A stretch of 64,000 bases of DNA. Origin: Phallusia mammillata (Eukaryota). The notes beneath the pieces were generated by a model. It ran no database searches. It saw only the letters and a program-made list of their open reading frames with translations, and was not told the origin of the DNA. Shown here piece by piece: positions 1-11,839 of this stretch. The stretch lies in NCBI GenBank assembly GCA_965637545.1, contig OZ281495.1:21080001-21144000 (forward strand), in the 5' to 3' direction. The position numbers and the translations under genes are program-made. The first letter of the stretch is position 1. The number at the start of each line of letters is the position of its first letter.

Positions 1-1146
1 TATTGCTACTTAATTCAAGTTGACAAACCTAACCATGAGAAAAAACTTGCTTTAATTCCTAAAAAAAACATTGTTTTACTGGACAGTAAAATAATGGAAT
101 GAAATTATGGGTATAAGGATTTTACCACAACATTAAGTCAAAAACAACAGTTCATAACAAGTTCTGTTTTTAAAGAATGTTTTGTAGCAGCTATTTGTCG
201 AAAAAACGAAACTGAATGGGGAAAGTATGGTTTATATTTATCCCACCAATGCACCAAATACTTTGTTTGCTATATTTACTGCAAACGGTAGTAACGAGCT
301 TTACAAACACATTATTCCACTCCAAATACGACTAATAGGCTACACCACCACACAACAAGCGCATTTCTTTCTCGAAACAGTAAACTGAGCTGCTTAGTGC
401 TTTTGCCCTTTTGGCTTACTGTTTTGCATTGCGCTAAACCGAAAAAGTGGAAATGGCGGCGTGGCTTTATTTTCACATCTGTTGAAGAAATGTGCGTACT
501 GATGTCAAAGTCTACGGTGATTTTGACTCTGCTAGTGCACAAAAAATACTTATCTTTCGTAGATAAACCATATATCACTCACTAAGTTATTTATGATAAA
601 ACAAATCTACAAAAATGCCATAAAATCATAATTTTTTAAATGGATAGTTTTATCTTGGTCAAACTGGCAGACCTTTATTTTTCTTTAAAAATGTACTGAA
701 TCTCTGGTGGTTATTTCTCAGCACACCGGGTTTTTAAAAATGGTATTTGCAGTAAACACTGACTAAAAACATCACAAGGTTTCATGTATAAACAACTTCT
801 GCCGCTTTTTATTTCTAAATACGGTCTTGTTACTCAATCCATAAGCGTCCAGGATGCAAAAGTTACACAAATTGGTACTGTCGCCTTAACAAGACACATT
901 TTTAATTGCAATGTTATGTACAAAGTCCTGTCACACTTAATACAGACGCCATTGTTGGGTTATTGCACAAAAGATATTCTTGTCATATAACAATAACCAT
1001 TTCGATTGACCAGTAAGTATTGAAATACGACAATAAATAGAAAGTGGCACCATGGTGAAACTGGTTGGGTAGAGAAGTCCATACAATAAGACGCATATAT
1101 ATCTACATGTATTGGCTGATTATTGAAGCAACATACAAAATAAAGA

Positions 1147-4100
1147 TCAAACTATTTCATATTTTTCCACAAGAAGTGCTGTTTCGGTGGAGTATTTCAC
1201 AGGGGACCCATCACCAGCCATTTCAACATCCACTACCTAAAATGCATTTTGTGTTTAAGTAAGCTTTTACACAACATGTAACCAAAAATAAACACCAAGA
1301 AAATGAATACCTGCAGGTCTGTGTATGATCTTTTAGTAGCATGGAATGAAACATTAATTGGAAAGAAATCGTCAGGGGAACCAGCAATGCTAAATTCCAT
1401 TACACCAGAGCTGTTGTTTGCATCAATCACTGGCAACGACCTGTTTTACATAAATTTTACACATTATTTAAAATAATTACAATAACACTGCAGAACAATA
1501 AAGTTACAAACCATTCTAGAATGTTTTTCCTAGAGTCATGTTTGAAGTCTCCATCTACATCAGCTACATTGGGAGCGCCTACGCCAGATGGAACTGGGAT
1601 GCTAATTGTCACATCAATCAATTCCAACTCTTCTAACTGAAGCTCATATTCAATGTTTACATCGCAGCCACCATCAGCATTCTCATTAGGCCAGCAGTTA
1701 ACTACAAAAAGATACACCACAAATTAAAATAATAAAAGGATAATCAACATAAAGCTATAGTGATCCAGCATTTCCCAAATTTTCTACTGGCAATTCTTAT
1801 ACAGAATTATACAGCTTTCATGTACCACTTTTATGTGAAAACTTACGATAACTGAAATTCATTAACGATAGTTTTAGTGACACAGTAAATCAATTAAGCC
1901 ACACAATCTATGCTTGCACAACAGAAAAATAGTACAGGGTACTTGTAAGGGGCAGAAGACTTTCATCAGTTGTTTGCAATCTCCATTTCAGAACACCAAC
2001 ATCCTGTTTGAGTGGAAAAGGTTTGTCTGGACTCTTCAGACCAACAATGCCTTTTGCTTGAAATATTTTCTTGTCAACATTAGGATGGGTCTATGTATGA
2101 AAAAAAATAATAACTGTTTAAAGTGGTTCATTGTATGATTGTGTCTTTAATTTATGATTGATTTACCCGACCTTTCCTAAACATTGATCTGAAACTGATT
2201 TTTCATTTGTATAAATTCAATGCCCAGGGTTTTACAATCAACCATTTAAAAACTCTGTGCACAGTAAAAAAGTTAAAAACTTGATAACCTCCCTTTGGTT
2301 TTAGAAATCAAACTATATGCACATAACTAAACAATGTGTTTAATTTATATTTGTTTACAAATATTCCCCTTGAATTGACATTTGTTTTATAAATTCCCTG
2401 TTAACTTCCCTATTATGAATTCCCTATTAACAAGTTTATTGATATTAGTAACTAACCTGTACTTGGCAACCTCTGTTGTCATTGTTTTCTACTTTCATTC
2501 GAATGCAACCAAACTGGCCATCAGATATTCGTAGCAAGCACATGCCACCAAGAAGCATGTTTTGTAATCCACCATCTCTTCCAGCAGTCACACTTAACTT
2601 TTCCTCAACTCGGATGTGCACACTACAATTGTTTTAGAGGTTTAAATGTTTGGTCACAACATGTTCAGCAAGAATGCAGGTTAAACAACTACCTTTCAGT
2701 GAGAGGTACCGAAGTCTTCGCAACATCTGATTTTTTGGACTTCATATTTCCAGAACGCACTTGCTCACCCTCAGAAATAAGTTTATCCACAAATGAATCA
2801 ACATCCTTCGATTTTGCACCAAGTTTCATAGCTTTGCCATGTGACCTTTAACATTTAAAAACCAAAAAATATAGATTTGTTTGCATCCTTGCTGTATAAA
2901 ACAAGCCATACCTTGTTGGGATAGACTTTTTCTTTGCAGGCTCTGGTGCCAAAGTTTGAGTTGGTAAGTCAGATTTCATTCCATCCATACCAGCACCGAA
3001 TCCTCTGCTGCTGCCTACAAACATACAACAAAGGCACTGAATGTTTTTGGAGCTTGTCAGTCATATTCTTAAATGTAGGTAAAACATAAACATACCTGCA
3101 GTTTAAAATAATAGAGTAAACTAAAGTTGCATGCAATTCATACCTCCCATTCTAACATTGCCTCTCATCGCATCACGTCGCATCTGCTGTAGTTCTTTTG
3201 CTTTTCTTCGCATCGTAGCCTTGGTTTCATCCTCCTGGCTCTGTAAAAGTCAACAAAAGTTTGTTGTTGCAAGAATTTTGATTTGTGGGTTACGAAATAA
3301 ACGATACTGCATGTCAACTATTTTGACCAGTATATTTTTACTATTAAAAAAAAATATACATTTCAACTTCCTCGCAAGCTTTAAGCTAGCGAGTCAAAAA
3401 CGAGCTATTTTGATAAACAACTATTGCAAAGTTTGCACAAATTATGTTGCAATCACTACAAGTCATGAGTTAGATCAAGACTTCTTGACATTTTACCCCA
3501 ACGCTCACTTTTACTTGATTATTATTAAATCACAATTTTCCACCTATAAACATCATTAAATACTAGGGTTGGGCATTTGACCGGTCAAATAAAATCTGGT
3601 CAATTGATCGGTCAAATACTTGTCAAATAGGTCAAATATCGGTCAAATACTATTCACATTATTAAATTGCACTTTTAGTTTAAAGTTGAAGTTAAATCTT
3701 CTTCTAAACCATAAGTAGTGGAAATGGAGGTTTCAACTCATATAAATTTGTTTTGAAATGGGAAATGTTCAGTTTATATTATATTACAGACTACTCCGAC
3801 TGCATTGCGTGCTTCATTTCATCAATGGCCCCACCTGTGTGCCTGTAATTTTCATTCAGTAATCACATTTGTGAACTGGATTCTCATTATATTCTATATA
3901 CATCATATTAAAGTCTAATTTTGACTGAGATTTAACTGTAAAACTCGCTTATCCTACTTAAAGTCGTAATTTATGCTGTTATCACATCTCCATTCATGAC
4001 AAAAAAGGAATATACAAAAGCTTGATATGTACGTACTTTATCCCAATAAGTACTGACCTGTAACTTATCCAAAAAAATCTATTCAGGGCAACTATAAGCT

Positions 4101-7017
4101 AATAGCTACAAACAATTTTTGGATCAACTATAGAAAAAAAGGACTGTAGACCTACAAGTTTACACAGATGCTATAAATAACTTAGATTTTTTGATCTGTC
4201 AATAAAAATGTGCAACATTTACAAAAAATATCCAAGTAAACACTAATGAACTAACTTTCCCCCACGGACATATCACACTCGATTTTTATTAAAATAAAAC
4301 GGTTTTTATTAAATAAACTAGAAGTGATCCATGTTTTTTAATTGCATTGTAAACCTTGCAAAGTTTGCCATGACGTAAATCAGATCATAATTTCAAATCA
4401 AAATTATCTCCTAATTGTTTTGTTATTTATTTTAAATGAACAAAACACATCTATATTGGCTTTGAAAGCACTTATTAATACAAAAGTATGTCCTAAACTG
4501 TTCTATCTGAGGGTTATTAGAAATAATTTACCCTTTCCAACAACCAAAAAGCAAGTACAAACAAATTTAACACATTTGATTTTTAAAATTAAAAATAGTA
4601 TTTGACCGGTTAAATAAAGTGCTGTCAATTGACCGTATTTGACCGGTCAATTGACCGGCTTGCCAACCCTATTAAATACATTGTAAAACTTAATTTATAC
4701 TGCCCACCTAAATTTACACAATTTGCAAGAGTGGGCGATACCGCCCAAAATCAGAAGCACTGTAACATATCTAAATTTTTAGACAAACAAAATTATTTGC
4801 CGTATACATATAATGCTAAATAAAAGAAATATATAAAATACTTGGGGGTAATACGGTGGAAAATGGGTAAATCCAACAAAAACTAACAAAATGATTTTCA
4901 ACACTTTGCAATGTACAAACAAACAAGGCATATATAAAACTTCTGAGTCATGTACTTTCACAAGTACAGTTATTTTAACTTTACGGGGTTATGTGATTAT
5001 GTCTAAGAAACTCGTGTTAGAAAGAAGAAAACAATAGAGAATTTTTTTTCAAACCTTGCGAACTGCTTTGAAAACTTTTTCCTCATGGGAGTCCATTTCA
5101 GTAAATGTTCTTATTTGGGCAAGGTTCACACTTTCCCGGTACCCCAATGCAACAACTTCATCAAACGCAAAAATCAACTCAAATGCATGATCCTGAATGT
5201 CTGTTTCATCTATTACTCTACAATACTCAGGAATCTAAAAAAAACATTATGTTTAATCTATGCCACTGTTTTCTTTTACGATGTTACTATTAGTGATGGG
5301 ACGATACCAGGTTTTGAAGCGAGTACCGATACTGAGTACGAGTACCACATGTATATACCTTCGATATCGAGTACTTAAGTACATTGTTGTATATCACTGG
5401 CTAATTTATCTACCATGGTCGGGGTACAGGCGCACACATGCACATGCAGAAAAATGTGGTCTCCACACGATAGGGAAAAAAATATACGTAACCGGGTTGA
5501 ACTTTTTCCCGATTTTGTGCTGTCCGAAGCAAATATTGGTATAAAGTTGGCTGTATTCTAATGTTGTAAACTGACCTTCGGTATTCGCACGTTGGTATCG
5601 AAAACTGAGACAAAATATTTCAATACCGAGTACGAGTATCGATACCACTGAAATTGGTCGATACCATCGATACAGAGTACCAAGTACCCATCCCATCACT
5701 AGTTACTATACATGTCTACAACAATCTTTGGGCAGATATTTGTATGTATTAGTCTACTTACTACTCTTGAAAATAGTCTCAAAGTTTCAAGGTCTTCCAA
5801 AATGTTGCTATTTTTGGTAGTAATTAATACCATGTACATTTTTTCAAGGGGTTGGTAAACATAACGCACAGATTCTGTTTCAACAAATGTGTGTTGTTTT
5901 CCTGCAAAAGCAATAAAAAAACCACTGAATGATTGGCAACAGGGCAGAAAAAAAAAGTAGAGCATGTTTCATTATTAATTAAAGTACAAATTTTGTACCT
6001 GTGTTCATTAATTTGGGAAAAGCTGCCAGCAATCCTTCAATGCGGGAGCGAGTCATTTCAACAAACTGACGAGAAATTATGGCCCTTCCATTTTTTGTAC
6101 ACACAGCAGCTGCGAGCAAAACCTGCAAAAATGTTGAATATTACTATGCTCAATTATAACTTGTTGCTTAAGTTATTCAGTTTCATTCAAAACATAAATA
6201 TTTCAAAATTTCATACCATGACAAAAAGTTTGTAGTGTATTAGTCAGTCCAAAGTTCAAGATTTGTACCTAAATTGTTTTGTAAGACGAGATGTACACCT
6301 GGTAAAATAAAAAATATATACAGGAATAACCATAATCAATGTACCTGATTGATTGTTAAGCAATATTATATGGTATATATTAACGCTTAAATACTACTCA
6401 ACTCACATCTTACCTCAAAGTCGCGGTGGCCAAACTGAGGAGAAACAATATTTTTTTTAATCCTGTACGACAGTGTACTTTTAAATTGACGTGGATTTGG
6501 CAAAATAAACACTAAAGCAAAGAAAAACAGTTTGTACTACTCAACTGCAGCAGGATTCGTAATTTTTGACACAGAAAACTTTTAAAATAACCAAATACAC
6601 AGCAAAATTTGAAAGTAAATTATTAAAGATATTGGCGAGGAATGGATAAAAAAATACACCTGAAGTACATGCGACAGCCACGTCAGAAGCATATCGTTGC
6701 GAACTTTACGCAAGGAACTGATTATTTTTGTTACAACAGCAAGCACAAACGTTAAGTATTCAAAAGTTGGTAACTTTTGTCTGTGTTTTTGGCCAGCTGG
6801 GGAGCAATCATCGTTTAAAGTGAAGGATAATAAACTAAATCGAGTCACGTTTTGTTGCAAATCTTCCGAGGCCCGTAAATTTCATAGTTAGGAGCTTCTG
6901 GTGCCAACTTGCCCAAATGCAATTTTATTCGTTAAGATAAAGTTTATCAGGCCGTTATGTTTTATTTTCTGACCTACGGTCGGTGCATGGTTGAAGTATA
7001 ACAAACTAGCTTACCAT
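1147..7017 (-). CDS. ARCN1: Coatomer subunit delta (delta-COP), 12 coding exons, 507 aa
   Basis: Hand-spliced GT-AG exons 7015-7017 (ATG only), 5999-6122, 5762-5901, 5055-5234, 3144-3240, 2912-3014, 2693-2845, 2457-2622, 1943-2090, 1512-1701, 1311-1440, 1147-1236 give 1524 nt in frame. Translation: [39 protein letters not shown]...[16 protein letters not shown]...[35 protein letters not shown]...[16 protein letters not shown], typical of delta-COP. Confidence 0.97.
3564..4671. mobile_element. Non-autonomous hAT element (MITE), 1108 bp, in delta-COP intron
   Basis: Terminal inverted repeats TAGGGTTGG(G)CA / TGCCAACCCTA; perfect 8-bp TSD TTAAATAC (3556-3563, 4672-4679); many subterminal TTGACCGGTCAA-like motifs at both ends; no ORF. 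Confidence 0.9.
5291..5701. mobile_element. hAT MITE, 411 bp, in delta-COP intron
   Basis: TIR TAGTGATGGGA / TCCCATCACTA; perfect 8-bp TSD GTTACTAT (5283-5290, 5702-5709); subterminal GAGTAC/GATAC repeats. Confidence 0.9.
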
Positions 7018-7049
7018 ATTTCTTATTTCTGGGAAAAATACCGCTAGAC

Positions 7050-7276
7050 CAGTGGTTCTCAAACTATTTCATTATTTTTCAAAACGGTTCCGTTTGCGGT
7101 CCTTAAGCTTGAATGTGTATTTCAGAAAAACGAAAGTTGATAGCAGGATTTTAGCTAGTTGTGCATAATTGCGCATAACAATGCCCCAAAGACAGCATGT
7201 GACATCACAGACAAGACAAAAGCAGTACGATTGTGCGCAAACAAAAAGACCGCTGACCCCAGTTTGAGAACCTCTG
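7050..7276. mobile_element. hAT (Buster/Charlie-type) MITE, 227 bp
   Basis: TIR CAGTGGTTCTCAAACT / AGTTTGAGAACCTCTG; perfect 8-bp TSD CGCTAGAC; 33 bp upstream of the delta-COP ATG. Confidence 0.9.
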
Positions 7277-7424
7277 CGCTAGACGGAATCAGTTAGGCAA
7301 GCATTTGAAGACCACTCTTGTTCTTTGAAACACACACGCTGATATGAGAAACTATATTGCTGATCAGCGATTTCCAAATGCTGGGGAGATGGCTGGTTTG
7401 AACATTATCCAGTAATGAGTTAGC

Positions 7425-8011
7425 CATGGGCATCCGCAGCGGGGGGCAAGAGGGGGCGCGTGCCCCCCTGGAAAAAAGAAAATAGCAAACGGTCGGAAAA
7501 TTCGCATCTTAAAACAAAACACAATAAACATTCAAACAGTGTTATACAAAAACTTTTCCTGGGACGTAAATTGAAGACGCCGTGGGTCTCCACCTCGTTA
7601 ATATTGTAACTGAAGTAACAGAACAGGATGAGGTTTTACAACAAATTAAAAGAATCGAACATTATTACTTAACAATAGCTCTGTAACAAGCATATTATTA
7701 CGTCATTGATGGATGTGTCAAACAGTCATTATGTGATACCTTCACAGTGAAGTGAAGGCTTCACTATGTCTGTTGTTACATCTGATAAGGTTCGTGTATG
7801 TAAATCCTACTTCCGTTAAAAAAGTATTTGCCAACCTACCACATACTTCAGTGATAGTTAATATTCTGTTTATTGCACTACTTTGCTACATTGGGATTGG
7901 CAAGAATGAGTATCACTGTCAGATGATTTTTGTTCTGAAATACCGTTTATCGAACGGCGATGTGACGATGGTATTGCCCTCCCCTGTATTTTTTTCCTGC
8001 GGACGCCCATG
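7425..8011. mobile_element. hAT MITE, 587 bp
   Basis: TIR CATGGGCATCCGCAG / CTGCGGACGCCCATG; perfect 8-bp TSD GAGTTAGC (7417-7424, 8012-8019). Confidence 0.88.
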
Positions 8012-8953
8012 GAGTTAGCTTATGTTTGGCAATTTGGATTATTTACCGGTAGTTACAGATTGCTGTAATTCATCGACAGGACCGGTGGTTACCACCAAAC
8101 CTTTTATGCAACCAATATATTGTAGTGTTTCATAGGGGTGTTTACAGATACAATAATAATAAAAGAAGAATAGCTTAACTTTTTCACCGGTACGATCGAT
8201 TCAGTATTTATCAAACAATACCACATGGGGTATAAAATATAAATTGGACCTGTCCTTAAGACGCCTGTTAATTGTGACTCATTGTAAAAAAAATCAGACA
8301 GTATGAAAAAATTAGGCGACGATAGAGCTACGTTTGGAAACAATGGACCAATAACTATAGTTTATAATTAACTATAGTTGTGCAAGTTTAAACCGCATTC
8401 GCGATTCGAAAGACCGCGTGTGGGTTTTACAAATCTTTTCATCGTTTCTGGGTTGTCGCAAACCTACCGCGGTTTACAAAAACGTCTCTCCATCACGCTG
8501 ACAATTTGTCTGCCACCAGCCCACCACCTACTATCTTTATTCCATAATAATTTAATACCACATGTTGGAGTCGTGAGATTTAATTGCTTTACTTTAAAAA
8601 TACTCATGATAGTAAGATTTTGTAAGACACAAAGATAACCAACCAGTCAAAAAATAAAGTGTTCCACGATTCAATTATACTCTTTGCGCCATATCTCACT
8701 TTTCATTGCCGCGCGAATCGTTAAAACAATAACCATCATATAGCACAGGATATTGGGATTGCTCACGAATTTTAGAAGAGCAAAGTTGTGTTTAAAACTA
8801 ATTAATTCCGTCTGATCAGAATTCGAAAGTAGAAACGTGCGGTGTGAAATGTCAATTTAAAGTCCCCTTTCACGTATATTGTCGATTAATCAATGCAGTG
8901 ATGAACGGTTTTACACTCATCAATCTATTTTAAATGAATAGATTCATTTATGC

Positions 8954-9398
8954 CAGTGTGGTCCAACTTTATTCTGTTGCGGGCCATTAAAAAATCGTTG
9001 ACTTACTCCGCGGGCCAAGGTCTGAAAGTTTTGCAGGTAAAACTTTTTTCTGACACAAACATCAGGGTGACTGTACACCGTTTTCAATCAATAGATAATG
9101 TTATTTTGGTCTTTTGTAGTTAGCCTATACACCAAGTAGCAGCGGTTAAAAACTTTCAGTTTCTACTCTGGCGCAAAAAATGCCCGAACGATTTGTTGAC
9201 GCACAACCGTTCATTGCACATAACAATGCCTTGTCATGCGTCACAATATAGGATTTCGCAGCATTTTGTGTTGTTTAATTCTCACATTTTAAAACATTGA
9301 GAACTATAATATTATAGTTGTCATTAAAACGTTGGCGGGGCAACAAAATTATCTCGCGGGCCACAAAAGGCCTGCGCGCCTGCATTTGGACCAAGCTG
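8954..9398. mobile_element. hAT (Buster-type) MITE, 445 bp
   Basis: TIR CAGTGTGGTCCAA / TTGGACCAAGCTG; 8-bp TSD ATTTATGC / ATTTATAC (7 of 8 match); subterminal GCGGGCC motifs. Confidence 0.8.
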
Positions 9399-10038
9399 AT
9401 TTATACAATGGTTTTACCTGCAATTGGTGATTGTTGTTTAAACTAAAAAAAACACTTTTAGCTGGATGTTTCTTAAAACACATGTCAAACTTCACTCTTT
9501 TAAAACACATGTCAAACTTCACATGATTTCATACCATTTACAACCAACACAATATATAAAAAAGTGTGTCAAAAACAAACTTAATCACAAAAATAACAAA
9601 CTTTTTCTGTTCAGATATAAATGCTTAAAAAGTAAGATATGTTAGTACATAAAACAAACTTTGAAGTACACTAATTAATATCATAAGGTATATTTGTTCT
9701 AAAAGTATGTAAAAAAGAAGATTTACAATTTCCAAAACACATCCTGCATCTCTCTGCCCTTTTAACAGCTGCTACACAAATATTTTTAGGTAAAAAATAC
9801 CTATTGATTGTATACATGTAAAGGTACCATGTCCAAACTTGCAATAATAATAAAACTGCATGTACGGATTCTTCACAATTACTGTCAGACAAAAAAGGAA
9901 GAATAAAAACACTCCAATATCAAACAACAACATGATCTTATGTGTCATCATTTACTTTTTTGTGAATATTACTTTTTGTAATATGTACAGTGCCTTACAA
10001 GTAAAATGATGTCTATGAATAATGGATTATCTTTGTGA

Positions 10039-11082
10039 TCATGTGCATCCAAAAACCACACACTCTGCAGATGGGCCATCCACAGTTACACCTCCAATTA
10101 TGAAAAACTTCCCCTGATATAGTATCGACCCTGCTGTACTGCGTTCTTTGGGCATATCAGCAAGTCTTTTCCACTTTTTGCTTTCAGGGTCGAAAAGCTC
10201 AACAGAGCTTATAGGTTTTCCTCCATTTCCTAGTCCACCAACAACTAGAACTTGATTGTCCATAGTTGTGCATGAAAAATCACCTCTCTTGTTGGGCAGA
10301 GACATCTTCTTGTTGGTTTGCCACTCTCCTCTTTCTTGTTGATCTAGTGGGTACATTTCACATGTGTCACAGAATCCCTGTTGAGCAGTTGGCTTGAGTC
10401 CACCCAGAGTCATGACTTGCTTGTCAGTAATTGCATAACACAGAAACACTCTCTGGCTCAAAATGTCGGGATATTTAGTCCATGACCGTGAATCAAAGTC
10501 ATACACCTCAAAGTGAGTGACGGGGAATTTGCCTTGTCTGCCTCCAAGAACATATGCCTTGTTGTTTTTATGAAATGCTTGTGCAGCATATCGTGCAGAT
10601 GGCATTGGAGTAAACGCTTGCCATTTTTCACCAGAAGCACCAATGGCAAAACACTTGAAGTGGTCTCTTGGATTGGTGTCAACACCCATGCCACCAAATA
10701 TGTGTATCTTGTTATCCTTTGAAAAGCTAGCCATTCCCATCAAGGGTTCAGACAAAGCAGACATCTTTTTCCACTTGTTTTCAGCTATGTTGTACAGCTC
10801 CACATTGTCAACCGGTGCCTGTGAGGGACCCACACCACCAATTGCAACTATTTTTCCATCACAAGAAGCTACAGATGGGGCAGCACGCTTCGAAGGCATT
10901 GACTTAAGTTTGGTCCAAGTTTTGGTTGTCAAATCCAAAGCTTCCAGAAGATTGACAGGTTGTCCCAATTCATCACAGCCTCCAACGACATACAGTACAT
11001 TGTTGAAACATGTCAATGACATATAAACTCTTGGTGCTTCCATTGGTGGTAGCGAAGACCAGGTGTGTTCTGAGACTGCCAT
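10039..11082 (-). CDS. KLHDC8: Kelch domain-containing protein 8 (KLHDC8A/B-like), single coding exon, 347 aa
   Basis: Uninterrupted ORF MAVSEHTWSSLPPMEAPRVYMSL...; repeated kelch GG-x-Y/F-x-W motifs. PRVY, GGCD, MPSARYAA, YVLGGRQ and KRGDF segments match vertebrate KLHDC8. The real ATG is at 11082; the ORF track starts at an upstream TTG. Confidence 0.93.
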   Translation of the reverse strand: MAVSEHTWSSLPPMEAPRVYMSLTCFNNVLYVVGGCDELGQPVNLLEALDLTTKTWTKLKSMPSKRAAPSVASCDGKIVAIGGVGPSQAPVDNVELYNIAENKWKKMSALSEPLMGMASFSKDNKIHIFGGMGVDTNPRDHFKCFAIGASGEKWQAFTPMPSARYAAQAFHKNNKAYVLGGRQGKFPVTHFEVYDFDSRSWTKYPDILSQRVFLCYAITDKQVMTLGGLKPTAQQGFCDTCEMYPLDQQERGEWQTNKKMSLPNKRGDFSCTTMDNQVLVVGGLGNGGKPISSVELFDPESKKWKRLADMPKERSTAGSILYQGKFFIIGGVTVDGPSAECVVFGCT

Positions 11083-11839
11083 CTTCAACTTCAATATTTG
11101 GTTAAAATTAAAATAGTAAAACCATCAGCAAAAACTGGCCCTAAAGGTAGTTCAGGTCAGTTAAACATTGTGGAGTTGCACACTAGCCATTAAAGTATAC
11201 ATTTACTATTACATAAATACGCGTGAGAATGGTGAGATGCGTTCCGCAAAGTTTTCGGAATATACGTAGTATTGACACAGAGAACACTTTATTTACATGT
11301 CGCTATGACTCCACTACGTTTGCTTTTAACAAAGTGAAATTCACAATCCACTTCCCTAATCCTGCGCAACGCCTCCAGCCGAAAGTGCACTAAAATGCTA
11401 GAAGCTCGAAGCTGCAGTCATGGACCTAAAGGTAGATTTACTACGGTACGGTCTTAACCGTCTTACAAGTCTGCTCTGCACACTGATCTCTATTTAGAGA
11501 TCAGTGGCTCTGCATCATTGCATGGTGCATTTGCACCACGCACTATTTAGAGAAAAAAGGAAGGAAAAAAAGGCAAATTTTAATTGAAACTTCATTTTTC
11601 TGTGGGCATAGTTTGCGGCTTTGAGCCAATGTCCGGCGGATAGATTGTTAACTATACGTAAACTATTTAATATTCAATGCTTTTCTACGTAGAATAAAAC
11701 GTTGCGGTTGATTTACTATCGCTACGCATGGGTGGTTTTAACGTTCAGCGAAATACGATTTCTCGCGGCAACAAACAAATGGACATTTGAGTTTACCGAA
11801 ACTTGTGTATGTTTTTGGGCCAGCTACCTAAAACCCAAA
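11083..11839. promoter_or_regulatory. Putative bidirectional promoter KLHDC8 / SPICE1
   Basis: 757 bp between divergent ATGs; locally CpG-rich relative to both flanking gene bodies. Confidence 0.65.
11481..11506. mobile_element. 26-bp palindromic minimal hAT-like element
   Basis: CACTGATCTCTA-TT-TAGAGATCAGTG (12-bp perfect arms) flanked by a perfect 8-bp direct repeat GCTCTGCA (11473-11480, 11507-11514). Confidence 0.75.

Noticed and set aside
312-585. Overlapping 88-aa (-) and 62-aa (+) ORFs at the window start
   Set aside because: Non-ATG starts, no recognisable motif, and no consistent splice model.
9476-9525. Short direct duplication AAAACACATGTCAAACTTCAC
   Set aside because: Two copies only; ordinary slippage duplication.
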